64,000 nucleotides of DNA from Acidimicrobiia bacterium (GTDB lineage: Bacteria > Actinomycetota > Acidimicrobiia > UBA2766), in contig JADZDR010000022.1 of assembly GCA_020850945.1 (NCBI GenBank), forward strand, positions 82,421-146,420. Direction: 5' to 3'. The position numbers and the translations under genes were made by a program. Positions 40,942-49,761 of the stretch are shown here, one piece after another (the first letter of the stretch is position 1; every line of letters begins with the position of its first letter). The notes beneath the pieces were generated by a model. It made no database searches and was not told where the DNA came from. It was given only the letters and a program-made list of their open reading frames with translations.

Positions 40942-40964
40942 TCATACAACTTGACCTTGTACGT
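40942..40964. promoter_or_regulatory. Operator-like imperfect inverted repeat TCATACAA-N7-TTGTACGT (copy 1), upstream of the diiron gene.
   Basis: It lies in the 200-bp divergent gap 40909-41125. It shares the consensus TGTCrTACAA-N3-GAnCCTTGTACG with copy 2. Confidence 0.4.
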
Positions 40965-41042
40965 TCGACAGAGTAACAAGCATGTCAGCGTGATAGCCAT
41001 GGGCCGAAAGTCCCAAGATCTCAGGACCAAAGGTCCCGGATG

Positions 41043-41065
41043 TCGTACAATAGATCCTTGTACGA
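41043..41065. promoter_or_regulatory. Operator-like perfect inverted repeat TCGTACAA-N7-TTGTACGA (copy 2), embedding a TACAAT -10-like hexamer, about 60 bp upstream of hyuA. A CACGTG site lies 10 bp downstream.
   Basis: It is an 8-bp perfect IR with a 7-bp spacer. The same 29-bp motif occurs about 100 bp earlier (copy 1). Confidence 0.4.
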
Positions 41066-41125
41066 TTTGCACGTGGTCAGGCCGCCCTGCGTGCGGCGAA
41101 TCCGGAGCGAGCGAGGGGGCGAAGC

Positions 41126-43195
41126 GTGGGCTACCAGATCGGGATAGACGTCGGGGGCACGTTCACGGACTTCGTCCTTGTCCGCCCCGACGGGACATTC
41201 GACCTCACGAAGACGGCGACGACCCCGTACGACGAGTCGAAGGGCGTCGTGGCCGGACTCGGCGACATGGCTGCCGCCGAGGGGTTGTCACTGGCGGACC
41301 TGTTGCACGCCACGGATGCGATCGTGCACGGCACGACAACGGCCGACAACACCCTCATCCAGATGAACGGGGCGGCCACCGGCCTCATCACGACCGAGGG
41401 GCACCGTGACGAGATCGAGATCCGTCGCGGTTGGCGGGAGGACATCTGGGACATCCACCTCGGTCCACCGGAGCCGATCGCGCGACGCCGTCACCGCATT
41501 GGTGTGCCCGGACGGCTCGATCACAAGGGGAACGTGCTGGTGCCACTCGACGAGGAGGCGGCGCGCGCGGCCGCGCGCCGCCTCCGTGCCATGGGCATCG
41601 ACTCGATCGCGGTCACCCTCCTGTTCAGCTTCGTCGACCCGACGTGGGAGGCGCGCGTAGGCGAGATCATCGCCGAGGAATTCCCTGACGCACTCGTCAG
41701 CCTTTCACATGAGGTGGCGCCGTCCGCCCCCGAGTTCGAACGCACGTCCACGACCCTCGTCAACGCCTACATCGGCCCCCGCGTCGTCGAGTACCTGCAG
41801 CGACTCGAGGAGGAGCTCGAGAAGGCGGGCTACGCGCACCAACTCCTCGTGATGCTCTCCAACGGGGGCATCGCCACGGTCGAGGCGGTCTGCCACAGGC
41901 CCATAACCGTCCTCGCCTCCGGCCCCGCCGGCGGCGTCGTCGGCGCGGCCGACACGGGGCGGACCGCGGGGTCGACCGACTTCATCTCCGTCGACATGGG
42001 CGGGACCTCCTACGACGTGTGCCTCGCGCGAGGCGGCCAGCCCGACGTGAAGTCCTTCTGGAACTGGATCCATCGCTACCTCATCACGATCCCGGTCGTC
42101 GACGTCCTCTCGATCGGGGCCGGGGGCGGCTCGATCGCCGAGGTGAAGGCCGGTGGACTGCGCATCGGCCCCGAGTCGGCCGGAGCCGATCCCGGGCCGA
42201 TCTGCTACGGCAAGGGTGGGACGAAGGTCACGGTGACCGACGCGAACGTGTATCTGGGGTATCTGAATCCTGAGGCGATCTGCGGCGGCCGCTTCGCCCT
42301 CAGCGCGGAGAGAGTCGCCGATTCCATCAACGACCAGATCGCCGGCCCGCTCGGCATCTCGGTGACGGAGGCCGCCGCCGGGATCTTCCGTCTCACGAAC
42401 GCCCAGATGAACCAGGCGATCCAGCGGGTCAGCTCCGAACGGGGTCACGACCCACGCCGCTTCGACCTCATCGCGTTCGGGGGCAATGGGGGTGTGCACG
42501 CGCCAGCCCAGGCGCTCGACCTCGGTTTCCCCCGTGTCCTCGTGCCCAAGGCGGCACCCGCCCTGTCCGCCCTCGGCATCCTCCTCGCCGACCATGTCGT
42601 CGACAGGGCCAAGGGCTGCGTCTCCCAGGTCGAACGCCTCGATCTCGGCCTCGCGAACTCGATCCTCGCCGAGATGCGCCTGGAGGCCGAGAAGGAGCTG
42701 GCCAACGCGAACGTCGCCCATCACCAGATCGGCCACACGGCCACCGCCGCGTGCCGCTATCCGGGCCAGACGTTCACGCTCGACGTCCCCGTCCACCTCG
42801 ACGAGGACACCTTCACCGAGAAGTCGCGCTCCGCACTCGTGGCGGACTTCCACCGCCTCCACGAGGAGCTCCACACCTTCGCCACGCGGGACGAGCCGGT
42901 CATCATCGTCGAGCTCAAGCTGCGGGCGACAGGCGAGACCCCCCGGCCCCGCATCGCGCCCCTTCCCGCTGCCGACACGTCTGTCTCTGACGCCGAGAAG
43001 GGACGCCGCAAAGCGTACTTCGACGGGGATTTCGTGGACGTGGCGGTCTACGACGGCACGAAGCTCCTGCCGGACCACGAGATCGCAGGCCCGGCGATAG
43101 TCGAGGAGACCTTCACGACCGTCGTCCTCCAGCCGAGTCAGACAGCCGTCGTCGACGCCTTCGGCAACTACGTCATCACAGGGGGTGCGGCATGA
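41126..43195 (+). CDS. Hydantoinase/oxoprolinase family subunit A (HyuA / acetone-carboxylase beta-like).
   Basis: Translation: MGYQIGIDVGGTFTDFVLVRPDG...HGTTTADNTLIQMNGAATGLITTEGHRDEIEI...ISVDMGGTSYDVCL. The GTG start follows gaggggg. Length is 689 aa. Confidence 0.9.
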   Translation: MGYQIGIDVGGTFTDFVLVRPDGTFDLTKTATTPYDESKGVVAGLGDMAAAEGLSLADLLHATDAIVHGTTTADNTLIQMNGAATGLITTEGHRDEIEIRRGWREDIWDIHLGPPEPIARRRHRIGVPGRLDHKGNVLVPLDEEAARAAARRLRAMGIDSIAVTLLFSFVDPTWEARVGEIIAEEFPDALVSLSHEVAPSAPEFERTSTTLVNAYIGPRVVEYLQRLEEELEKAGYAHQLLVMLSNGGIATVEAVCHRPITVLASGPAGGVVGAADTGRTAGSTDFISVDMGGTSYDVCLARGGQPDVKSFWNWIHRYLITIPVVDVLSIGAGGGSIAEVKAGGLRIGPESAGADPGPICYGKGGTKVTVTDANVYLGYLNPEAICGGRFALSAERVADSINDQIAGPLGISVTEAAAGIFRLTNAQMNQAIQRVSSERGHDPRRFDLIAFGGNGGVHAPAQALDLGFPRVLVPKAAPALSALGILLADHVVDRAKGCVSQVERLDLGLANSILAEMRLEAEKELANANVAHHQIGHTATAACRYPGQTFTLDVPVHLDEDTFTEKSRSALVADFHRLHEELHTFATRDEPVIIVELKLRATGETPRPRIAPLPAADTSVSDAEKGRRKAYFDGDFVDVAVYDGTKLLPDHEIAGPAIVEETFTTVVLQPSQTAVVDAFGNYVITGGAA

Positions 43196-44976
43196 CCACG
43201 ACAACACGAGCCCACGAGGTCGACCCCATCACGACCGAGGTGATCCGGGGCGCCATGGAGACGATCGCCTTCGAGATGGCGGTGCACGTCAGCCTCACGG
43301 CCGTCACGCCGATCCTGAACCAGTCGAACGAGCGCAACGCGTCGATCCTCGACGAGACGGGCCGTCTCGCCGCCATCTCCGTCGGCGTTCCCCAGCTCAT
43401 GCTCACGTCCCGTGGCCCCGTGAGCTTCGCCCTCGAGACCTACGGGCGCGACGGGTTCGCGCCGGGAGACATCATCGCCGGCAACGATCCGTATCACGGC
43501 GGCGGGCACCTGCCCGACTGGAACGTCTTCTCACCGGTCGTCTGCGACGGCGACCTCATCCTCTTCGCGTCGATCCAGTGCCACCACGCCGACACCGGCG
43601 GCGAGACCCCCGGCGGCTACTGCGTGAGTGCAATGGATGTGTGGGCAGAGGGGTTCCGTTGCCCCGTCATCAAGCTCGCCGAGGCCGGTGAGGAGAAGGA
43701 GGACCTGATCTACCTCCTCCAGACGAACAACCGCGTGCCCACGTTCACCGCCGATCTGCGAGCCCAGATGGGCGCGGCCCGCCACGGTGCGAAGCGCCTC
43801 ACCGAGCTCGTCGAGGAGTACGGGCCCGAGACGGTGCGGGCCGCGGTCGACGCCTCGATCGAGCTCACGGAACGCCGCATCCGCGAGGAGATCGCGACGT
43901 GGCCCGACGGCACGTACGAGGCCGAGTCCTTCATCGAGCACGACACGATGGGAAACCAGGACGTGCGCGTGCACTGCCGGGCGACGATCGACGGCGAGCG
44001 CCTCATCCTCGACTACACGGGTTCGGACGACCGGCAGTTCCTCACGACGAACGGGACGCTCGCCAACACGCGGGGCATGATCCTGTCCCAGCTCACGACG
44101 ATGTTCGACCCGACGATCCCCAAGAACGACGGCCTCTTCTCGTCTTTCGAGATGGTGATCCCCGAGAACACCTGCATCAACCCGGCACCGACGCGACCCG
44201 TGTCCGCAGGGACACACCATCCGGGTGTGGAGGTGTCCGAGGCACTCTGCCTTGCGCTGAGCCAGGCAGTGCCCGAGAGGTGTCAGCCCCAGATCTACAA
44301 GGCAGCGATCCCGACGATCATCTTCGGCACGAATCCCGAGACAGGGCAGTTCTTCGTGGACCACTCGGTCGACAGCCTCGCCACGTGCTCGGCCGCCCGG
44401 CCCTCGGGGGACGCATGGGGAGGCATCCCGACCGCGTTCGGCAACCTCGTCCTCGCCACGGCCGAGGTGAACGAGAGCCTCCTCCCCCACCGGCAGCTCT
44501 CACGCGATCTCATGACGGACAGCGGGGGCGCAGGCAGATGGCGCGGGCAGCCCGGCTCGAGGTACGTGAAGGAGGTCACGGCGACCTCCTCCGTCTACAC
44601 GTGGGTCATCGGCATCCGCTATCCGGCCAAGGGCGTGAACGGCGGTGGCCCCGGGTCCCGCACGCGTCTCGTCCTGCGGGCGGGCGGCGAACACGAGTAC
44701 GAGGTCGACCACACGGCCTTCTACATCGAGCACCAGCCCGGCGAGAAGATCATCTGCGACTACGCGGGTGGCGGCGGCTGGGGTGATCCCCTCGACCGTG
44801 AACCGGAGCGGGTCCTCGACGACGTGTGGGACGAGTTCGTGTCCGTCGAAGCCGCAGCCCGCGACTACGGCGTCGTCGTCACGGGCTCGCTCGAGGAACT
44901 GGACCTCGACTTGGACGTCGACGCGACAGCCGACCTCCGATCCCGGATGCGTGAGGAGCGAACCGCATCGGCGTGA
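43192..44976 (+). CDS. Hydantoinase B/oxoprolinase family subunit (HyuB-like).
   Basis: Translation: VDPITTEVIRGAMETIAFEMAVHVSLTAVTPILNQSNERNASILDETGRLAA...IIAGNDPYHGGGHLPDWNVFSPV...EHDTMGNQDVRV. Its start overlaps the hyuA stop (ATGA). Confidence 0.9.
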   Translation: MTTTTRAHEVDPITTEVIRGAMETIAFEMAVHVSLTAVTPILNQSNERNASILDETGRLAAISVGVPQLMLTSRGPVSFALETYGRDGFAPGDIIAGNDPYHGGGHLPDWNVFSPVVCDGDLILFASIQCHHADTGGETPGGYCVSAMDVWAEGFRCPVIKLAEAGEEKEDLIYLLQTNNRVPTFTADLRAQMGAARHGAKRLTELVEEYGPETVRAAVDASIELTERRIREEIATWPDGTYEAESFIEHDTMGNQDVRVHCRATIDGERLILDYTGSDDRQFLTTNGTLANTRGMILSQLTTMFDPTIPKNDGLFSSFEMVIPENTCINPAPTRPVSAGTHHPGVEVSEALCLALSQAVPERCQPQIYKAAIPTIIFGTNPETGQFFVDHSVDSLATCSAARPSGDAWGGIPTAFGNLVLATAEVNESLLPHRQLSRDLMTDSGGAGRWRGQPGSRYVKEVTATSSVYTWVIGIRYPAKGVNGGGPGSRTRLVLRAGGEHEYEVDHTAFYIEHQPGEKIICDYAGGGGWGDPLDREPERVLDDVWDEFVSVEAAARDYGVVVTGSLEELDLDLDVDATADLRSRMREERTASA

Positions 44977-46106
44977 CCCGCACGCAGGATTCGGCCCGGG
45001 ACGCCATGACCAGGACCGTATCCGCGCTCGTACTCGAATCGGCCCACAGACTCGTGCCGCGCGAGATCCCGCTGCCCGAGGTCACCGACGACACGGCCCT
45101 GCTCCGCGTCGAGGCATGCGGTTTGTGTGGCACAGACCACGAGCAGTACACAGGCCACATTCCGGCCGGATTCGCCTTCGTCCCGGGCCACGAGACGGTG
45201 GGTGTCGTCGAGGCGATCGGTGACGCGGCGTCCCAGCGCTGGGACGTGAGAGCGGGGGACCGCGTCGCCGTCGAGGTGTTCCAAACCTGTCGCGAATGCG
45301 GGCCGTGCGAGCAGGGTGACTACAGGCACTGCACCCGTCACGGCATCACCGACATGTACGGCTTCATCCCCGTGGACCGGGAGCCCGGGCTCTGGGGCGG
45401 CTATGCCGAGTACCAGTTCCTCGGTCCCGACGCCATCTGCCACAAGGTCCCGGCCGGACTCGATCCCGTGCTCGCCACCCTCTTCAACCCGCTCGGGGCG
45501 GGTGTGCGATGGGGCGTGACCCTGCCCCACACCCGGTCAGGCGACATCGTCTGTGTGTTGGGACCGGGGATCCGCGGGCTCTGCACCGCGGCGGCCGCCA
45601 AGGATGCCGGCGCCGCGTTCGTCTGCGTCACGGGAGCAGGCGCACACGACGCCGCCCGCCTGCAGGCAGCCCGGGACTTCGGCGCCGACCTCACGGTCGA
45701 CGTGACCGAGACCGATCCCGTCGACGCGCTGAGGCGCAACGTGGGTGCCCTCGCCGACATCGTCGTCGACGTGACCGCGAAGGCTCCCGCCGCATTCGCC
45801 CAGTCGCTCGCGCTCGCCCGGGCGGGCGGCACGGTCGTCACCGCAGGCACCCGCGGCATCCCGGACGTGCCCGGCTTCTCGCCGGACCTCATCGTGTACA
45901 AGGAGCTTCGCATCCTCGGGGCACTCGGTGTCGACGCCCCCGCCTACACCAGGGCGTTGGAGATCCTCGCCGCGGGCCGCTGGCCCTTCGACGACCTCGA
46001 CCGGGCTGTCGTCGGTCTCGCCGGTGCCGAGGCCCTCATCCGGCTCATGGCAGGCGAAGAGGAGGGCCCCCGCCCGATCCACGGCGTCATCTGCCCCTGG
46101 ACATGA
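44973..46106 (+). CDS. Zinc-binding alcohol dehydrogenase (MDR superfamily).
   Basis: Translation: RVEACGLCGTDHEQYTGHIPAGFAFVPGHETVGVVEAIGD (catalytic Zn), TCRECGPCEQGDYRHC (structural Zn Cys4), VLGPGIRGLCTAAAAKDAGA (Rossmann). The GTG overlaps the hyuB stop (GTGA). Confidence 0.8.
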   Translation: MTRTQDSARDAMTRTVSALVLESAHRLVPREIPLPEVTDDTALLRVEACGLCGTDHEQYTGHIPAGFAFVPGHETVGVVEAIGDAASQRWDVRAGDRVAVEVFQTCRECGPCEQGDYRHCTRHGITDMYGFIPVDREPGLWGGYAEYQFLGPDAICHKVPAGLDPVLATLFNPLGAGVRWGVTLPHTRSGDIVCVLGPGIRGLCTAAAAKDAGAAFVCVTGAGAHDAARLQAARDFGADLTVDVTETDPVDALRRNVGALADIVVDVTAKAPAAFAQSLALARAGGTVVTAGTRGIPDVPGFSPDLIVYKELRILGALGVDAPAYTRALEILAAGRWPFDDLDRAVVGLAGAEALIRLMAGEEEGPRPIHGVICPWT

Positions 46107-46127
46107 CGCGCCGGCTCGCCTGGCTTC

Positions 46128-46153
46128 CCTTACTGATTGATCAGTCAGTAAGG
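46128..46153. promoter_or_regulatory. AT-rich 26-bp near-palindrome CCTTACTGATTGATCAGTCAGTAAGG in the ADH/NMO intergenic region. It is a candidate operator, or less likely a terminator.
   Basis: Arms CTTACTGA / TCAGTAAG flank a central TGATCA palindrome. It lies 22 bp after the ADH stop. It is unusually AT-rich for this genome. Confidence 0.4.
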
Positions 46154-46160
46154 TGGTCAT

Positions 46161-46250
46161 CACGTGGGCGTGTTGAAACACAACAGACGTGGTTGAGTAC
46201 GCCCACGTGGATGGAGGGCCACGTGGATGGAGGGCCACGTGGACGGAGGA
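46161..46250. repeat. Nested inverted repeat (CACGTGGGCG...CGCCCACGTG around a GTGTTgaAACAC palindrome) followed by three tandem 16-bp direct repeats CCACGTGGATGGAGGG (the third copy has two mismatches).
   Basis: Repeat copies lie at about 46203-46218, 46219-46234 and 46235-46250, immediately upstream of the NMO ribosome-binding site and ATG (46267). Each unit carries a CACGTG palindrome and a GGAGG-like tract. Confidence 0.5.
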
Positions 46251-46266
46251 GAGGAAGGGAAGTCAC

Positions 46267-47241
46267 ATGTCGATCAGCACCCGCCTGACCGAGATCCTCG
46301 GTGTCGACCACCCCGTCATGCTCGCCGGCATGGGAGGGGTCGCGTTCGGTGAACTCGTGGCCGCCGTCTCCGCCGCGGGTGGCTTCGGCTGCATCGGTGC
46401 CGCGGCCATGACGCCCGACGTCATGGAGAGCGAGATGGCGCTGGTCCGCGAGCAGACGGACGCGCCCTTCGGTGTCGACCTCCTCACGGCCATGCCCGGA
46501 GACCCGATCCCGCTCGTGAAGAAGATCATCGCCGGCGGCGCATCCGTCTTCGTGGCCGGGCTCGGCGTGCCGACCGAGGTGATCGAGCTCTGCCACGACA
46601 GCGGTCTCCTCGTAGTGAACATGTGCGGCAAGGTCGAGCACGCCCGCCGTGCCGTGGCAGCGGGCTGTGACATCGTCGTGGCACAGGGGACAGAGGCCGG
46701 TGGGCACACGGGCAAAGTCGCGACGATGCCTCTTGTCCCCCAGATAGTCGATGCCGTCGGCGATCAGGTCCCCGTCGTCGCGGCCGGCGGGATCTTCGAC
46801 GGACGCGGTCTCGCCGCCGCCCTCACCCTCGGCGCCGACGGCGTGTGGGTGGGCACACGATTCATCGCCACGCCCGAGGCACGCGGTGCGGCTGGTTACA
46901 AGGACAAGCTCCTCACCGCGGCCGAGGACGGCACGACGATCACGCGTGCCTACTCCGGCAAGACGATGCGCACCCTCACCAACGACTACACGCGCTGGTG
47001 GGAGGAGCACGCCGACGAGCTCCAGCCGTTCCCGATGCAGATGGCACGGTCGTTCCAGGACGGCGCCCTGCACCTCGGGGTCGACGAGACGGTCGTCGGC
47101 ATCGACCCCGACAAGGAGTGCTTCCCGGCCGGGCAGGGCGTGGGTGCGATCACCGAGATCGTGCCGGCAGGCGAGCTCGTCGCCCGGTTTGTCGCAGAGG
47201 CCGAGGACGCCCTCAGGCGGGCGTCGAAGACGACCGTCTGA
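46267..47241 (+). CDS. Nitronate monooxygenase / NMO-family FMN-dependent oxidoreductase (2-nitropropane dioxygenase-like, FabK-like).
   Basis: Translation: LGVDHPVMLAGMGGVAFGELVAAVSAAGGFGCIGAA...VVAQGTEAGGHTG...VVAAGGIFDGRGLAAALTLGADGVWVGTRF. The ATG at 46267 follows ggaagggaag. The upstream part of track ORF 46189 is the repeat region. Confidence 0.85.
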   Translation: MSISTRLTEILGVDHPVMLAGMGGVAFGELVAAVSAAGGFGCIGAAAMTPDVMESEMALVREQTDAPFGVDLLTAMPGDPIPLVKKIIAGGASVFVAGLGVPTEVIELCHDSGLLVVNMCGKVEHARRAVAAGCDIVVAQGTEAGGHTGKVATMPLVPQIVDAVGDQVPVVAAGGIFDGRGLAAALTLGADGVWVGTRFIATPEARGAAGYKDKLLTAAEDGTTITRAYSGKTMRTLTNDYTRWWEEHADELQPFPMQMARSFQDGALHLGVDETVVGIDPDKECFPAGQGVGAITEIVPAGELVARFVAEAEDALRRASKTTV

Positions 47242-48805
47242 ATCGGCACCGGCCTGCCACCCAGGTCTCGTCGACCTGCGGTGGAGTCTCGGCGTCGAGC
47301 GCACCCCGCAGGACGACCAGGTCCGCGCGCAGGCCGGGCCGGATCGATCCCCTCTCGCCGGCCTGCCCGCCCGCGATCGCGGCACCGTGCGTGTATGCGT
47401 GCAGCCAGTCCTCGTAGGGCAGGGACTGGCAGGCGGGCGCGAGCGGCGCCTCACCGGGCGCATGCCGCAGTGCGCCGATGGCGGCCGTGAGGACGGGTTC
47501 GTGGAGTGCGCACGGGTCGTCGCTGCTCGCCGCGATCGGCACACCGGCGTCGCGCAGGGTCGCGAACGGCATCCAGTCCATCCCGGCGAGGTCGAGGCTG
47601 CCGAGGTACCTCCCGACATGGCGCACGAACCCGGGCTGCACAACCGCCACGACTCCGAGATCCGCCGCGCGTCGCGCCTGCTCCGCCGACAGGAGGCATG
47701 CGTGCTCGACGCGGAGGCGCCGCCCTGCGGTCTCGCCACCGGCGGACACCCATGCGTCGAGGGCGAGCTCGAAGCCCGCGTTCCCGAACGCGTGCACCGC
47801 CACGTCGAACCCCGCACCCAGCGCGAGGCGCATGTCGTCTGCGAGGCCCGGCATGAGCGTCCCCAGCTCGAGATGCGCGCCGCCCAGGTCCCCGCGCACG
47901 GCCGGCGCCACCCCCCCGTCGGCAAAGAGCTTCACGGCCCCCGTCCGCAACCAGACGTCACCCTCGCCGGTGACGGGTCCGTCGAGGCGCGCAGGGTCGA
48001 GACGGGCGAGGAGGGCACGTGGATGGGGCATGGCGACGACACCGATCGGCAGTGTGGCCCGACACGCCATGTCTGCGAGAACGGCCTCGGCCTCGGGAGG
48101 GCAGGCTGCGTCGTGGACGCAGGTGATCCCGTCGGCGAGGAGGGCCTCGGATCTGGCGACGATCGCAGCCTCGAGTCGTTCGGGTACGAGCTCCGCCGCG
48201 ACGGCCGCGGCGCAGGCGTCACTCCACGCCCGCTCGACGAGGATGCCGTTCGGCGCGCCGTCCCCGGCCCGCCCGACCTCCCCGCCCGGCGGGTCCGGTG
48301 TCCCACGGCCGATCTGCAGGATCTCCAAGCCGCGCCGGCACACGGCGGCGCGGTGGAACGAGAAGTCGACGGCGATGACCGGCTTGTCGAGGCCGGCGGA
48401 GTCCAGCACGTCTGCGTCGAGGTGCAGGCCGGTGTCGAGCTGGTTCCACCCCCACGCCCGGACCCAGGGCTGCTCGGGGTGCGCGGCTGCGTGTGACACG
48501 AGCCGCGCCACGGCCGCGTGGGGGTCCCGCACGGATGTGAGGTCGACCCAGGCGGGGAGGAGGGAGGCGAGGGTCAGGTGGTTGTGGGCGTCGATGAATC
48601 CGGGGACGAGCGTGCGGTCCGCGAGGTCCACACGCACCGCCTCGGGATACGCGTCGATGAGGTCCCTACCTCCTGTGGCGAGGACCCGCCCGTCCTGCAC
48701 GATGACCGCAGCGGGCTCGACGCCGGATCCGTCCATCGTGAGGATGCGGCCACCGGAGAACGCCACACCAACGTCGACGCCGGACTCAGCCGCAGTCACG
48801 TCCAT
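47213..48805 (-). CDS. Metal-dependent amidohydrolase (amidohydrolase family 3-like).
   Basis: Translation: LVPGFIDAHNHLTLASL (HxH metal site), ...VHAFGNAGFELALDAW...RLRVEHACLL..., AASSDDPCALHEPVLT (C-terminal Asp). Length is 530 aa. Its 3' end overlaps the NMO 3' end by 29 bp (convergent). Its start overlaps the upstream SDR stop by 10 nt. Confidence 0.8.
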   Translation of the reverse strand: MDVTAAESGVDVGVAFSGGRILTMDGSGVEPAAVIVQDGRVLATGGRDLIDAYPEAVRVDLADRTLVPGFIDAHNHLTLASLLPAWVDLTSVRDPHAAVARLVSHAAAHPEQPWVRAWGWNQLDTGLHLDADVLDSAGLDKPVIAVDFSFHRAAVCRRGLEILQIGRGTPDPPGGEVGRAGDGAPNGILVERAWSDACAAAVAAELVPERLEAAIVARSEALLADGITCVHDAACPPEAEAVLADMACRATLPIGVVAMPHPRALLARLDPARLDGPVTGEGDVWLRTGAVKLFADGGVAPAVRGDLGGAHLELGTLMPGLADDMRLALGAGFDVAVHAFGNAGFELALDAWVSAGGETAGRRLRVEHACLLSAEQARRAADLGVVAVVQPGFVRHVGRYLGSLDLAGMDWMPFATLRDAGVPIAASSDDPCALHEPVLTAAIGALRHAPGEAPLAPACQSLPYEDWLHAYTHGAAIAGGQAGERGSIRPGLRADLVVLRGALDAETPPQVDETWVAGRCRFRRSSSTPA

Positions 48806-49584
48806 GCCTCAGGCGCCCCCTTCTCGTCGAATGCGGCTGCCTGGCTGAGGAAGCGGTCGCCGAGGACCGGTCGCAGCCGCCACACCCACCGGAAACGCCG
48901 TGGCACGAACGCGTCGAACCGTCCCGTGTCGAGGAGTCTAAGCACGGCATCCGACACCGCCCCGGCCGGTGTGCGCCTGCCGTGGTAGGCGGACGCCTCC
49001 TGCCCCGGAACGTCCCAGAGCGGGGTGTCGATGACACCCGGATGGACGACGTGGACCTTGATCCCCGAGCCACGGAGGTCGATGGCGAGAACCTCGGCGA
49101 GACCGGTCATCGCATACTTGCTCGCCACGTATGCGCCCTCACGGGGCGCCGGGAGGCGGCCCGCCACCGAGGAGACGAAGACCACACGTCCCTCACGCTG
49201 CTCGAGCATGGCGGGGAGGACCCCGAACGTGAGTTTCGCCGCCGACAGGAAGTTGAGCCGCATCGCACCCTCGACGTCGTCGAACGTGAGATGGTCGGCC
49301 CGGATGCGGTACGGGCTGCCGGCGTTGTTCACGAGGACATCCACGCCCCCCAGGACACGCGTAGCGGCCTCGATGACGCCGGAAACGGCCCCGAGGTCGG
49401 ACAGGTCGGCAATGCACACCGCGGCTTGCCCTCCACACCGCTCCGCCACGGCGGCGAGCTTCTCCTCGCTACGCGCGACGAGGAGAAGCTTCGCGCCCCG
49501 CGCAGCCAACCTCACGGCGAGGTCGGCCCCGATGCCGCTCGACGCTCCCGTGACGACGATCCTCGAACCCCGATACGCGAATCT
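48796..49584 (-). CDS. Short-chain dehydrogenase/reductase (SDR).
   Basis: Translation: RIVVTGASSGIGADLAVRLAARGAKLLLVAR (TGxxxGxG), NNAG, YVASKYAMTGLAEVLAIDL (YxxxK). The start was set at the in-frame GTG (MGERFAYRGS...) after ggggga. The track's long 596-aa ORF includes an upstream shadow. Confidence 0.8.
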   Translation of the reverse strand, partial: RFAYRGSRIVVTGASSGIGADLAVRLAARGAKLLLVARSEEKLAAVAERCGGQAAVCIADLSDLGAVSGVIEAATRVLGGVDVLVNNAGSPYRIRADHLTFDDVEGAMRLNFLSAAKLTFGVLPAMLEQREGRVVFVSSVAGRLPAPREGAYVASKYAMTGLAEVLAIDLRGSGIKVHVVHPGVIDTPLWDVPGQEASAYHGRRTPAGAVSDAVLRLLDTGRFDAFVPRRFRWVWRLRPVLGDRFLSQAAAFDEKGAPEAWT

Positions 49585-49761
49585 CTCACCCACGCTGTCC
49601 CCCGTTCCGGTCACGTGGGCGGATTCAAGCAGCCGCGACGTGTCCGATCCACCTCCCGCATCACGCCCGACGTGCCCTGCGGGGCACTGCCAGTTGAGAC
49701 TCACGCCCGAACGCGAGAGAATCTGGGCACGGCACCTAGGAAACGGGCGGAGGGCGGCGGT

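Noticed and set aside
46189-46266. N-terminal 26 aa of the NMO ORF as listed (MVEYAHVDGGPRGWRATWTEERKGSH).
   Set aside because: This segment is the tandem 16-bp repeat read in frame. A ribosome-binding site (ggaaggga) and ATG at 46267 give the conserved NMO N-terminus MSISTRLTEILGVDHPVMLAGMGGV.
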